This document shows, in pieces, positions 55,218-64,000 of a stretch of 64,000 nucleotides of DNA. The stretch is from Candidatus Oxydemutatoraceae bacterium. Lineage in GTDB: Bacteria > Pseudomonadota > Gammaproteobacteria > Poriferisulfidales > Oxydemutatoraceae. Position 1 is the first letter of the stretch. Each line of letters starts with the position of its first letter. Both the position numbers and the translations under genes were made by a program. The stretch is taken from the NCBI GenBank assembly GCA_965218975.1, contig OZ244717.1, positions 480,001-544,000 on the forward strand, written 5' to 3'. The notes beneath the pieces were generated by a model. The model was not told the origin of the DNA. It ran no database searches and saw only the letters and a program-made list of their open reading frames with translations.

Positions 55218-57296
55218 CTAGCGGTTGCTTCCGGCAGCAACAATCTCTGAAAAATCGGCAATTTGATAGAATAGCTTGCCGACATACAGTAATAGTCTGA
55301 GACGATTTTCACGCTTGCATGCATCATCCGACATCACTAATACCGAATCAAAAAAATCATCAATCGGCGCACGCAATTTAACCAATTCGCCGATAGCTGT
55401 TAAGTAATCCGCGCGCGTAATCATCTCATGCGTTTTTCTTGCACAAACTTGCGCCATCTCGAACAAATACTTCTCCTCAGCTTGCACCAACTGATCCGAT
55501 CGAGGCAAATCATTGTGCTCCGGATTCTGTTTCAATAAGTTCCGGATACGCTTATTGTTCTGCACCAAACTCTCGGCAGACGACATCTGCATAAAACTTG
55601 CTACCGCTTTCAGTCGCCGAAAGAAATCCAACGGATCTAAAGTTTCAAGGGCATTTAACGTTGCCGCAATACAATCATGCGAATAGGCATGCTCGAGGCT
55701 GTACCCCTTCATTCGCTCGGTAAAAAAAGAAACAATCCGATCTACGATTGCTTTATCATTAACGTGATGCAAGCTCAGACTTGAGCAGATCGTTTGGTGC
55801 AAATCCAACGTGATTGCTTTCTCGATTAGAATGCGGATAATCCCTAACGCGCTACGGCGCAAGGCAAACGGATCTTTGGCGCCGGTCGGCGCCCGGTTGA
55901 TGCCAAATAGACCGGTGATGGTGTCAAGTTTATCCGCTAATGCCAATGCGATCCCTGCCTGAGAATCGGGCAAAGCGTCTCCGGCGTAGCACGGTCGATA
56001 CTGTTCTGCAATAGCAGCGGCAACCTCCGGCGACTCTTGTGCCGCCAACGCATAATGCTTGCCCATGACACCCTCAAGCTCAGAATATTCCTGCACCATA
56101 TCCGTCGTCAAATCACATTTGCACAACTGCGCGGCACGCATCACTACTGCCTTGTCTGCATCGCAAATTGCCGCCAACGAACCTGCAAGCTCGGTCACAC
56201 GCTGCACTTTATCCGCCAAAGTTCCGAGTCTCTTCTCAAATATGACACCTGACAAATCTTTGCAGCGCTTCGCCAAAGGAATCTTTTTATCCTGAGCAAA
56301 GAAAAAAACCGCGTCCGCGAATCGAGGCCGCGCGACACGTTGATAGCCACTGATAATTTCATCGGGGACCTCGCTTGTCCCATTACTGACGATGGCAAAT
56401 TGCGGTAATAGTGTTGTACCAGTTTGATCTGCGATCGGAAACGCTTTCAGCGAACGGCGCAAAATACACCGCACCACCTCAGCCGGCAGCGCTAGAAAAT
56501 TCGGCTCGAACTCAGCACACAGCACTTGCGGATATTCCGTTAATGCTGCCGCCTCATCAAGACCTGCTTCATCAAATAGCACGTGTCCGTCGGATATTTT
56601 TTGCAGAGCATCGGCAATCGTTTGTCGCCGCTCGAAAAAATCGGCGATCACTTTTCCCCCACGCAAGCAATCTGAATATTCATCGGCGTGCCGGATGGTC
56701 AATACATTCGGATAATGGAAACGATGCGCATAAGTTTGATTCTTGGACGGTATATCAAATAATGAGCAACCAAGACCTTCTCTCCCATGCACCACGCATA
56801 ACCATCGTACCGGCCGCGCAAATGTATAAGGTTGCACTCCCCAACGCATTCGCTTTGCCACCGGCAATGCATTTGCGATGTCAGTCAGTGAAGCCGACAA
56901 CACTTCCGCCAGCGACATACCCGATTGCATAAGCTCGCACATCAACCGTCCGGTCTCTTCGGAACGAATCAGCTGATCAACTTCGACACCGCAAGTTTTA
57001 GCAAATCCCCGAGCGGCGGCAGTGGGTTTGCCGGCAGAATCAAACGCTTGCGCTAGCAGGGGGCCTTTGCGCATAGCTACCCGGTCCTCTTGATGCGCCG
57101 ATACATCGGAAATTGTGACTGCTAATCGACGCGGTGTATAAAAAGTTTTACGCTCAGATACTGTCGTATCAATCAACCATGCGTCGGCAAGTCGTGTAAA
57201 TAACTGTTCGGCAAATGCAACTCCCAATGACTGTAACGAATGCGGAGGTAATTCCTCAGTGCCGATTTCAACTAGCAAAGTGTCGCGCGCACTCAT
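55218..57296 (-). CDS. glyS: Glycine--tRNA ligase beta subunit
   Basis: LLVEIGTEELPP, TPRRLA, KDPFALRR. Confidence 0.97.
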   Translation of the reverse strand: MSARDTLLVEIGTEELPPHSLQSLGVAFAEQLFTRLADAWLIDTTVSERKTFYTPRRLAVTISDVSAHQEDRVAMRKGPLLAQAFDSAGKPTAAARGFAKTCGVEVDQLIRSEETGRLMCELMQSGMSLAEVLSASLTDIANALPVAKRMRWGVQPYTFARPVRWLCVVHGREGLGCSLFDIPSKNQTYAHRFHYPNVLTIRHADEYSDCLRGGKVIADFFERRQTIADALQKISDGHVLFDEAGLDEAAALTEYPQVLCAEFEPNFLALPAEVVRCILRRSLKAFPIADQTGTTLLPQFAIVSNGTSEVPDEIISGYQRVARPRFADAVFFFAQDKKIPLAKRCKDLSGVIFEKRLGTLADKVQRVTELAGSLAAICDADKAVVMRAAQLCKCDLTTDMVQEYSELEGVMGKHYALAAQESPEVAAAIAEQYRPCYAGDALPDSQAGIALALADKLDTITGLFGINRAPTGAKDPFALRRSALGIIRILIEKAITLDLHQTICSSLSLHHVNDKAIVDRIVSFFTERMKGYSLEHAYSHDCIAATLNALETLDPLDFFRRLKAVASFMQMSSAESLVQNNKRIRNLLKQNPEHNDLPRSDQLVQAEEKYLFEMAQVCARKTHEMITRADYLTAIGELVKLRAPIDDFFDSVLVMSDDACKRENRLRLLLYVGKLFYQIADFSEIVAAGSNR

Positions 57297-57308
57297 ACTT
57301 TTGTCTCA

Positions 57309-58172
57309 TCATTCGGATGCGCAATATAACTGCGCCACTTCCTGAGCCATCCGGCGCGTACGCAGAATGTACGCTTGACGTTCGATGGCGGAAATAGCAT
57401 GACGAGCATCCAGCACATTAAACGTATGAGAAGCGAAGATGAGTTGCTCGAAAGCCGCCAACGGAAGACTCTTCCGGACTAATTCTTGGCATATTTTTTC
57501 ATACTCATCGTAGTGACGCATCAATATTCCTGTATCCGCCAATTCAAAATTGTAACGCGACTGCTGTTGTTCATTGGCTAAGAATAAATCACGGTAGTGT
57601 ACGGGTTGATAACCATTGTCATCCCAGATCAAATCAAACACATTATCTTTTTCCTGCAAATACATTGCGAGCCGCTCTAAGCCGTATGTAATTTCACCGG
57701 TTGTCGGATGACACTCGAATCCACCCGCTTGTTGGAAGTAAGTAAACTGACTCACTTCCATTCCGTCCAACCATACTTCCCAGCCTAGCCCCCAAGCGCC
57801 AAGCGTCGGCGACTCCCAATTATCTTCAATAAATCGAATATCGTGTACTTTAAGGTCAATCCCTAACGCTTGCAGAGAATGCAAATAAACCTGCTGGATA
57901 TCTCCCGGCGGAGGTTTTAGTACCACTTGCAATTGATAGTAATGCTGCAAGCGGTTTGGGTTTTCGCCATACCGTCCGTCGGTCGGACGACGACAACTTT
58001 GCAAATAAACACAGCGCCAAGGCTCAGCATCGATAGCACGCAAAAAAGTTGCCGGGTGAAACGTTGCCGCTCCCATCGGTAAATCGTACGGCTGCAACAC
58101 CGTGCATCCCTGTCGCATCCAGTAGTTCTGTAATGCTGTAATCAGCTGTTGAAAAGTGTACTTTGTTTTCAT
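57309..58172 (-). CDS. glyQ: Glycine--tRNA ligase alpha subunit
   Basis: [34 protein letters not shown]. Confidence 0.98.
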   Translation of the reverse strand: MKTKYTFQQLITALQNYWMRQGCTVLQPYDLPMGAATFHPATFLRAIDAEPWRCVYLQSCRRPTDGRYGENPNRLQHYYQLQVVLKPPPGDIQQVYLHSLQALGIDLKVHDIRFIEDNWESPTLGAWGLGWEVWLDGMEVSQFTYFQQAGGFECHPTTGEITYGLERLAMYLQEKDNVFDLIWDDNGYQPVHYRDLFLANEQQQSRYNFELADTGILMRHYDEYEKICQELVRKSLPLAAFEQLIFASHTFNVLDARHAISAIERQAYILRTRRMAQEVAQLYCASE

Positions 58173-58489
58173 CAATAAAGCACAAGTATAGCCAAACAAA
58201 TTATTTTCGCCGCATCTACGGCAAATCAATGTCCTTCATCCGAGGAAATCCTGCTTAATTTCAACGAGTGGTGTTACTTGCGGGCGGTAATTGCAGAACT
58301 GTTTGAGCATGTTCACCGCGTCGCGCGCGTCGCGACCACCGTTATTCAATAAATCGTAAAGATTAGCGGACATTATAATAACGAAATACCTGAAAATGGG
58401 GCACAATAAGCGTCAACGTATCGCCTGCAACACAGGTTGTCAAAATCGGACGATATGATTCCCAATAACATAAATCATGGAGTATACCA

Positions 58490-59899
58490 ATGTCAGCGGA
58501 CCGAGTTTTGTCAATGATAAAAGACAATAATATTGAATATATTGACCTGAGATTTACCGACACAAAAGGCAAAGAGCAACATGTTACTGTTCCGACCGAA
58601 GCGGTTGACCAAAACTTTTTTACTAATGGAAAAATGTTCGACGGTTCTTCCATTGCCGGATGGAAAAGTATTGACGAGTCTGATATGGCTTTGATGCCTG
58701 ATTGTTCGACCGCAGTGATTGATCCGTTTTTCTCTGATCCGACTCTGCTACTACGGTGTGACATACTAGACCCCTTAACCGGTGAAGGTTATCATCGCGA
58801 CCCGCGTTATATTGCCGGAAAAGCCGAACAATATCTGAAAGACAGCGGCATTGCGGATGCTGCTTATTTCGGGCCGGAGCCGGAATTTTTCATCTTTGGT
58901 GATGTGCGATGGTGGAACGATATCGGTCGTGCCAGTTATTTCGTTACTTCGGACGAGGCTTCATGGCGTTCCAACGATGAGATCGAAGGTGGCAATATCG
59001 GTCACCGCCCGCAAGTGAAAGGCGGTTACTTTCCGGTTCCCCCGGTGGACTCATTACAGGACATACGTTCAACTATCTGTTCGACTTTAAAAAAAATGGG
59101 GGTGTCCTCAGAAGTGCATCACCATGAAGTAGGCACCGCAGGACAGTGTGAAATCGGCACGCGCTTTGATACTTTGGTTCGCCGCGGCGATATGAACCAG
59201 ATTTTAAAGTATGTAGTATTAAATGTTGCTCATAATTACGGAAAGACCGCGACTTTCATGCCTAAACCGATAGTGGGCGATAACGGTAGCGGCATGCATG
59301 TTCACCAATCGCTAGTGCAAGGTGGCAAGAACTTATTTGCCGGCGACAAATACGCCGGTTTATCCGAAATCGCATTACACTATATCGGCGGCATCCTCAA
59401 GCATGCACGTGCCATTAATGCATTTACCAATGCCACAACGAACAGCTACAAAAGATTGGTGCCGGGTTTCGAAGCGCCGGTATTGCTTGTATATTCCGCT
59501 CGCAACCGTTCGGCGGCAATTCGCATCCCTTTTGATCCGTCCCCCAAGGGGCGCCGAATTGAAGTGCGCTTCGGCGATTCCTCAGGAAATCCGTACCTGA
59601 CTTTTGCTGCTATGCTGATGGCAGGCATTGACGGCATTAAGAACAGAACGGACCCGGGAGAACAATACGATAAAGATATGTATGACTTATCCGCTGAAGA
59701 AGAAAAAGCAATCCCGACAGTCTGCGCCTCTTTGGAGCAATCGCTAATCACATTAAATGAAAACCGTGGGTTTCTGACCGTCGGCAACGTTTTCAGCGAC
59801 GACATGATTGACGGTTATATCGAACTGAAAATGTTAGAGGTCAATCGCTTGAGAATATCCACTCATCCGGCTGAATTTGACATGTATTACAGCTGTTAG
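58490..59899 (+). CDS. glnA: Glutamine synthetase type I
   Basis: [22 protein letters not shown], adenylylation Tyr in DMYDL. Confidence 0.98.
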   Translation: MSADRVLSMIKDNNIEYIDLRFTDTKGKEQHVTVPTEAVDQNFFTNGKMFDGSSIAGWKSIDESDMALMPDCSTAVIDPFFSDPTLLLRCDILDPLTGEGYHRDPRYIAGKAEQYLKDSGIADAAYFGPEPEFFIFGDVRWWNDIGRASYFVTSDEASWRSNDEIEGGNIGHRPQVKGGYFPVPPVDSLQDIRSTICSTLKKMGVSSEVHHHEVGTAGQCEIGTRFDTLVRRGDMNQILKYVVLNVAHNYGKTATFMPKPIVGDNGSGMHVHQSLVQGGKNLFAGDKYAGLSEIALHYIGGILKHARAINAFTNATTNSYKRLVPGFEAPVLLVYSARNRSAAIRIPFDPSPKGRRIEVRFGDSSGNPYLTFAAMLMAGIDGIKNRTDPGEQYDKDMYDLSAEEEKAIPTVCASLEQSLITLNENRGFLTVGNVFSDDMIDGYIELKMLEVNRLRISTHPAEFDMYYSC

Positions 59900-60873
59900 A
59901 CAATCCTTGCTTGGTCGGGACTATGGTGGTCGACATTCAGTTCTAAAGTTCCGACCAAATCGGCAACTCTTGCATAGCCGTTTTCATTAAGATATGCATT
60001 GATTGCGCAGCTCATCTTGCCACAAATTAACGGATCGTAAAACAATCCGGTGCCGACACCGACCGTGCTCGCGCCGGCGATTAAAAATTCAATCGCATCC
60101 TCCGGCGTAATCGCCCCGCCTTGCCCGATAATCGGAATTCCATACGGTTTGCATAAGCGATAAATTTCGGAAATATTGTATAGCGCAATCGGCTTGATCG
60201 CAGCGCCCGACAAGCCGCCATGGTTGTTGCCGATAACCGGGCGTCGCGTTCGAATATCAATCGCCATTCCGACTACTGTGTTAATCGCGGCGAACGCATC
60301 GCTGCCCGCTTCGATACATTGCCGCGCATTTTCAACGACATCGGTTTGATTAGGCGACAACTTAGTGATCAAAGGCTTGCTCGTTGCCCGACGGCATGCG
60401 GCAACCACTTGCGCCGACATATGCGGATAATTGCCGAATGATAGTCCGCCTTCTTTAACATTCGGGCACGAAACGTTAATTTCAATCGCATTAATTGACG
60501 AATCATCCAAGCGGCGGGTAATTTCTTCGTATTCGGCAACAGTCGTGCCCGACACATTGGCGATAAAGCACGTTTCGGAAAAATCCAACTGGGGCAATAT
60601 GTCTTGTATTAACACATCAATCCCAGGATTCTGTAATCCTATCGCATTCAGCATGCCATCCGGAGTTTCCGCGATGCGATGCGGCGCATTCCCTAACCGT
60701 GGCTTCAGTGTCGTTCCCTTCAAACACACCGCACCGACATCCCGGTGAGAAAATCCTTCAATGCGAGTGTACTCATCGCCAAATCCGACACAGCCGGATA
60801 ATAGGACTAACGGATTGTTAAAGTCCATGCCGCAAAAACTAAGCTGCAATTTTGGATACTGATTTTTTAGCAT
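59896..60873 (-). CDS. pyrD: Dihydroorotate dehydrogenase, class 1
   Basis: [27 protein letters not shown]. Confidence 0.92.
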   Translation of the reverse strand: MLKNQYPKLQLSFCGMDFNNPLVLLSGCVGFGDEYTRIEGFSHRDVGAVCLKGTTLKPRLGNAPHRIAETPDGMLNAIGLQNPGIDVLIQDILPQLDFSETCFIANVSGTTVAEYEEITRRLDDSSINAIEINVSCPNVKEGGLSFGNYPHMSAQVVAACRRATSKPLITKLSPNQTDVVENARQCIEAGSDAFAAINTVVGMAIDIRTRRPVIGNNHGGLSGAAIKPIALYNISEIYRLCKPYGIPIIGQGGAITPEDAIEFLIAGASTVGVGTGLFYDPLICGKMSCAINAYLNENGYARVADLVGTLELNVDHHSPDQARIV

Positions 60874-61223
60874 CGAACACTACCCACTATTATTCTAAAG
60901 CAAATCGGTAGCGGATATATCATTGCTGCCCGATTGAATTGATTCTTCTCTTGTTTGCGGGCAGAAATTGCTCAACATTCCGGGCAAAACGACAGCAGTA
61001 AAAACAAACATACCCTTACATCACCATTGCACTATGGCTCGTTACAAAACCTGCCGGATGCCGATAGTGACCGGAAGATGATTAAGAATATGAATATAAC
61101 ATTGTCTTTACTTTGCCGAGAACACCTCCGGATATTTGCTTACCTCGAAACGGAGAATATATATTGATCCTCACAAAAGATATTCTCTGAAAACAACGAC
61201 TATTCAGCTATTAAAATACACTC

Positions 61224-61694
61224 ATGTTTGACATTGTTTTATATCAGCCGGAAATTCCGCCCAATGTCGGCAACATTATTCGCTTGTGCGCAAATACCGG
61301 CTGTCGTTTGCATTTAATTGAGCCGCTTGGATTCCGCTTTGACAATCGTGCTTTGAAACGGGCCGGATTAGACTATCACGAACGCACCATATCAATAGTG
61401 CATCCGAGTTTTAGCGAGTATCTTACGAATACAACATCGAATCAATCGCCTGCAAGATTGTTCGCTTGTTCAAGCAAGGTTCGACGCTGCTACGCCACAG
61501 TATGTTTTATGCCGAAAGATGCATTTCTATTCGGGCCGGAGACTCGAGGGCTGCCATCGGAAATATTGGTGCAAGTACCATCCGAACGTCAAATCACGAT
61601 ACCCATGCACACACATAACCGAAGTTTGAATCTAGCCAATGCAGTTGCAGTCATTGTTTATGAAGCATGGCGACAAAATGAGTTTGCACGTTAA
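61224..61694 (+). CDS. trmL: tRNA (cytidine/uridine-34 2'-O)-methyltransferase
   Basis: PEIPPN.GNI.RLC, RAGLDY, FGPETRGLP, RSLNLAN. Confidence 0.95.
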   Translation: MFDIVLYQPEIPPNVGNIIRLCANTGCRLHLIEPLGFRFDNRALKRAGLDYHERTISIVHPSFSEYLTNTTSNQSPARLFACSSKVRRCYATVCFMPKDAFLFGPETRGLPSEILVQVPSERQITIPMHTHNRSLNLANAVAVIVYEAWRQNEFAR

Positions 61695-61719
61695 TCTCAA
61701 TCTGTTAATACCAATGTCT

Positions 61720-62730
61720 CTAGTCCTCGATTTTAACGTCACGGTCTAGCAGTTGATCTACCACTTGTTTTATATCAATCTGATTGCGCAGTATCTGATT
61801 TATTGCAAAGCAGATAGGCAACTCGACATTCTCTCGTCGTGCAAAGTCACAAACGATCTGTGCGGTAAAAACCCCTTCGACGACTTGCCCGATCGCCTGT
61901 CGAGCTTGCTGATTGCTACTGCCGCGCGCGAGCAGTTTACCATAGCGATAATTGCGCGATTGCTGATCAGTACACGTTAAAACCAAGTCACCCAAACCGG
62001 CAAGACCGGAAAACGTTGCGGATGAAGCTCCCAGCCGCAGCGCAAATCGTCGAATTTCACTCAATCCGCGGGTAATTAACGCAGCACGTGCATTTGCGCC
62101 GTAGCCCAAACCATCCGACACACCGGCCGCAATCGCGATAACATTCTTGAGCGCGCCGGCAACTTCCACTCCGATAACATCTGTGCTGATATAAACGCGG
62201 AATATTTTGCTATGAAACAATGCTGCGGCGCGTTTAGCAACATCGGTATCGTATGTCGCTAATATGACCGCAGTCGGCAGCCCGGCAATCACTTCATCGG
62301 CAAAAGAAGGGCCAGACAAATAAATATCCACCGCTCTCTTATCTAGCGCCGCCGGAATCACTTGGTGCATAAACAAACCATGCTTGCGGTCCATACCTTT
62401 TGCAGTACAAATCACTCCTTGATATGACGAAGTTATATACGGTAGCGCAACGGCGAGCACAGCATGTACTGCAGCTGCCGGCACTGCAAGTATTAACCAA
62501 TCCGACCCGATAACTGTCTGCGCAAGATTATCTCGAATGACAACCGTATCCGGCAAGGAATGAGACGATAGATGCTTCCGTGCGGCGCTACGATCGGAAA
62601 GTGTCGAATGTTTTTGCGTATGTCGCGTCCACAGCCGAACCGCGTGGCCTTGATTTGCCAAATGCACCGCCAAAGCGGTCCCCCAAGCGCCTGCTCCCAG
62701 AATACCGATGCGAGTGTGTTTCGCCATCAC
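61720..62730 (-). CDS. gpsA: NAD(P)H-dependent glycerol-3-phosphate dehydrogenase
   Basis: GAGAWGTALA, GALKNVIAIA, GDLVLTC..SRN. Confidence 0.97.
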   Translation of the reverse strand: MMAKHTRIGILGAGAWGTALAVHLANQGHAVRLWTRHTQKHSTLSDRSAARKHLSSHSLPDTVVIRDNLAQTVIGSDWLILAVPAAAVHAVLAVALPYITSSYQGVICTAKGMDRKHGLFMHQVIPAALDKRAVDIYLSGPSFADEVIAGLPTAVILATYDTDVAKRAAALFHSKIFRVYISTDVIGVEVAGALKNVIAIAAGVSDGLGYGANARAALITRGLSEIRRFALRLGASSATFSGLAGLGDLVLTCTDQQSRNYRYGKLLARGSSNQQARQAIGQVVEGVFTAQIVCDFARRENVELPICFAINQILRNQIDIKQVVDQLLDRDVKIED

Positions 62731-62756
62731 ATCAAGTTAGCGCAACCCGTAAAATA

Positions 62757-63218
62757 TCAATGTGTCGTCAATGTGGTAGTTTGCCGCTCTTTTAATGCAT
62801 CCGCTTTTTGGCGATAGAGAGTTTCAAAATTCATCGGTCCTAGCAACAACTGCGGAAAACCACCTTTCGTTACCAAATCGGAAACCGCTTCACGAACAAA
62901 TGGAAACAAAATGTCGGGGCATTGCACATTCAGGACTGCGTGCGTTTGGTTCTCTTTCAAACCATCTATTGTGAATACTCCAGCCTGTTGAATCTCTAGC
63001 AAAAAAGCAATTTCCCCCTCCTGTTTGGCGGTGATTAAAACACGTAATATCATTTCATAGCGGTTGTCTTCTAACTTCCGACTGTTTGCGTTGATCTCCA
63101 CGTCCACATGCGGTTTCCATTTCTCAACATTCACAAAGGCATTGGGGGCTTCAAACGAAGCATCTTTCAGATAAATCTTATGAATCTTCAACTGTACTTT
63201 TTTAATTGATTCGGACAT
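62757..63218 (-). CDS. secB: Protein-export chaperone SecB
   Basis: IYLKD.SFEAP, CP.ILFP..RE, GGFPQL.L.P.NF. Confidence 0.95.
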   Translation of the reverse strand: MSESIKKVQLKIHKIYLKDASFEAPNAFVNVEKWKPHVDVEINANSRKLEDNRYEMILRVLITAKQEGEIAFLLEIQQAGVFTIDGLKENQTHAVLNVQCPDILFPFVREAVSDLVTKGGFPQLLLGPMNFETLYRQKADALKERQTTTLTTH

Positions 63219-63227
63219 CGTGTTGTT

Positions 63228-63485
63228 TCAAATCCTCAATAATTCGTCAAGCTTGTCTTTCTGGTCCAACTCTACCATCTCCTGATAACCGCCGACATGC
63301 ATGTCGTCAATAAAAATCTGCGGCACCGAAGTACGATCGGTGCGCGATCGCATCCTTTCATTCTCTTTGGCATCGGTGTCCACGCGAATTTCCTCATATT
63401 CGACCCCCTTTTTTTCCAACAACCGTTTTGCCCAACCGCAATAAGGGCAACGTCCCGAAGTAAAAACTTCCACTTTTACTTTCAT
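63228..63485 (-). CDS. grxC: Glutaredoxin 3
   Basis: CPYC, SVPQIFI, HVGG. Confidence 0.95.
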   Translation of the reverse strand: MKVKVEVFTSGRCPYCGWAKRLLEKKGVEYEEIRVDTDAKENERMRSRTDRTSVPQIFIDDMHVGGYQEMVELDQKDKLDELLRI

Positions 63486-63495
63486 TTGTTTATCC

Positions 63496-63924
63496 TCATT
63501 TTTTAACGAGAGGCATCCCCGTCTGTTGCCAAGCAGCGATTCCACCTTTCAAATGATGCACATTAGAAAACCCGTTTTTTACTAGCAGCCGGCATATACT
63601 CGGCGCACGTACGCCACTGGCGCAAAACGCAATCATTGGTTTCTCTTTGTGTTGTCCGATCTTATCCAATTGTTTCGGCAGATTACTTGCCGCCAAATGT
63701 TTGGCATTATGAATTGTTCCCGATTCCAACTCATGGCTCTCGCGCAAATCCAACAAGAAGGCTCCCTCACGATTGATTAATCGCACCGCTTGCGCCGGGG
63801 TAACTTCTTTATACTGCCGGGTGAAGCGTTGTGTTTCAACCACAATAATTGCCCCCAATAAGGACAAAGCAATTCCTACCAAAATTGCATTTTCTTGTAA
63901 AAAAAGTAAAAAATCGTGCTCCAT
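63496..63924 (-). CDS. Membrane-anchored rhodanese-like protein (YibN-type)
   Basis: N-terminal TM segment, D.R...E, active-site loop CASGVR, LKGG..AW; yibN-grxC-secB-gpsA synteny. Confidence 0.9.
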   Translation of the reverse strand: MEHDFLLFLQENAILVGIALSLLGAIIVVETQRFTRQYKEVTPAQAVRLINREGAFLLDLRESHELESGTIHNAKHLAASNLPKQLDKIGQHKEKPMIAFCASGVRAPSICRLLVKNGFSNVHHLKGGIAAWQQTGMPLVKK

Positions 63925-64000
63925 AAATTACCTTAATAAAATCTGTCCGGTCATTTGCTTACGCGACCTCTTAGATACTTTAAAGCCAACAACCTCTTGG

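Noticed and set aside
58395-58415. Sigma-54 promoter for glnA
   Set aside because: GGCAC is present but there is no properly spaced TTGC -12 element; too weak to call.
59896-60873. Class 1 pyrD without an adjacent pyrK as a novelty
   Set aside because: Class 1 enzymes occur in several gammaproteobacterial lineages and the partner gene may simply lie outside the window.

Overview
A 64-kb stretch from a sulfur-oxidising gammaproteobacterium (soxYZ, a DsrC/TusE-family gene, SulP), possibly host-associated given the many decayed IS remnants. It is mostly core genes: lysA, groESL, fxsA-cutA-dsbD, murJ, a full atp operon, recG-ridA-spoT-rpoZ, aroQ-accBC, ispB, gmd-fcl, thiO/thiS/thiG-trmB, gmhB-glySQ, glnA, pyrD, trmL and gpsA-secB-grxC, plus three tRNAs (Val-CAC, Pro-CGG, Thr-CGT). 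Two things stand out. (1) A structured 98-bp non-coding unit occurs 12 times in 6 blocks of 1-3 tandem copies, each with a fixed 26-bp tail. I saw it only inside defective IS481-family elements, always in the same orientation, at several distinct transposase sites where it appears to replace transposase sequence. (2) A CRISPR-less Cas6-like gene sits in an apparent operon with a TauD-like dioxygenase, a 64-aa protein and a cysteine-free DsrC homologue. Also present: an orphan EGKCG-repeat (HvfA/bufferin-like) RiPP precursor, an RpoZ with a long acidic tail, and scattered glycan-modifying genes (GT61, sulfotransferase). All calls come from reading the sequence and recognising motifs; no searches were run.
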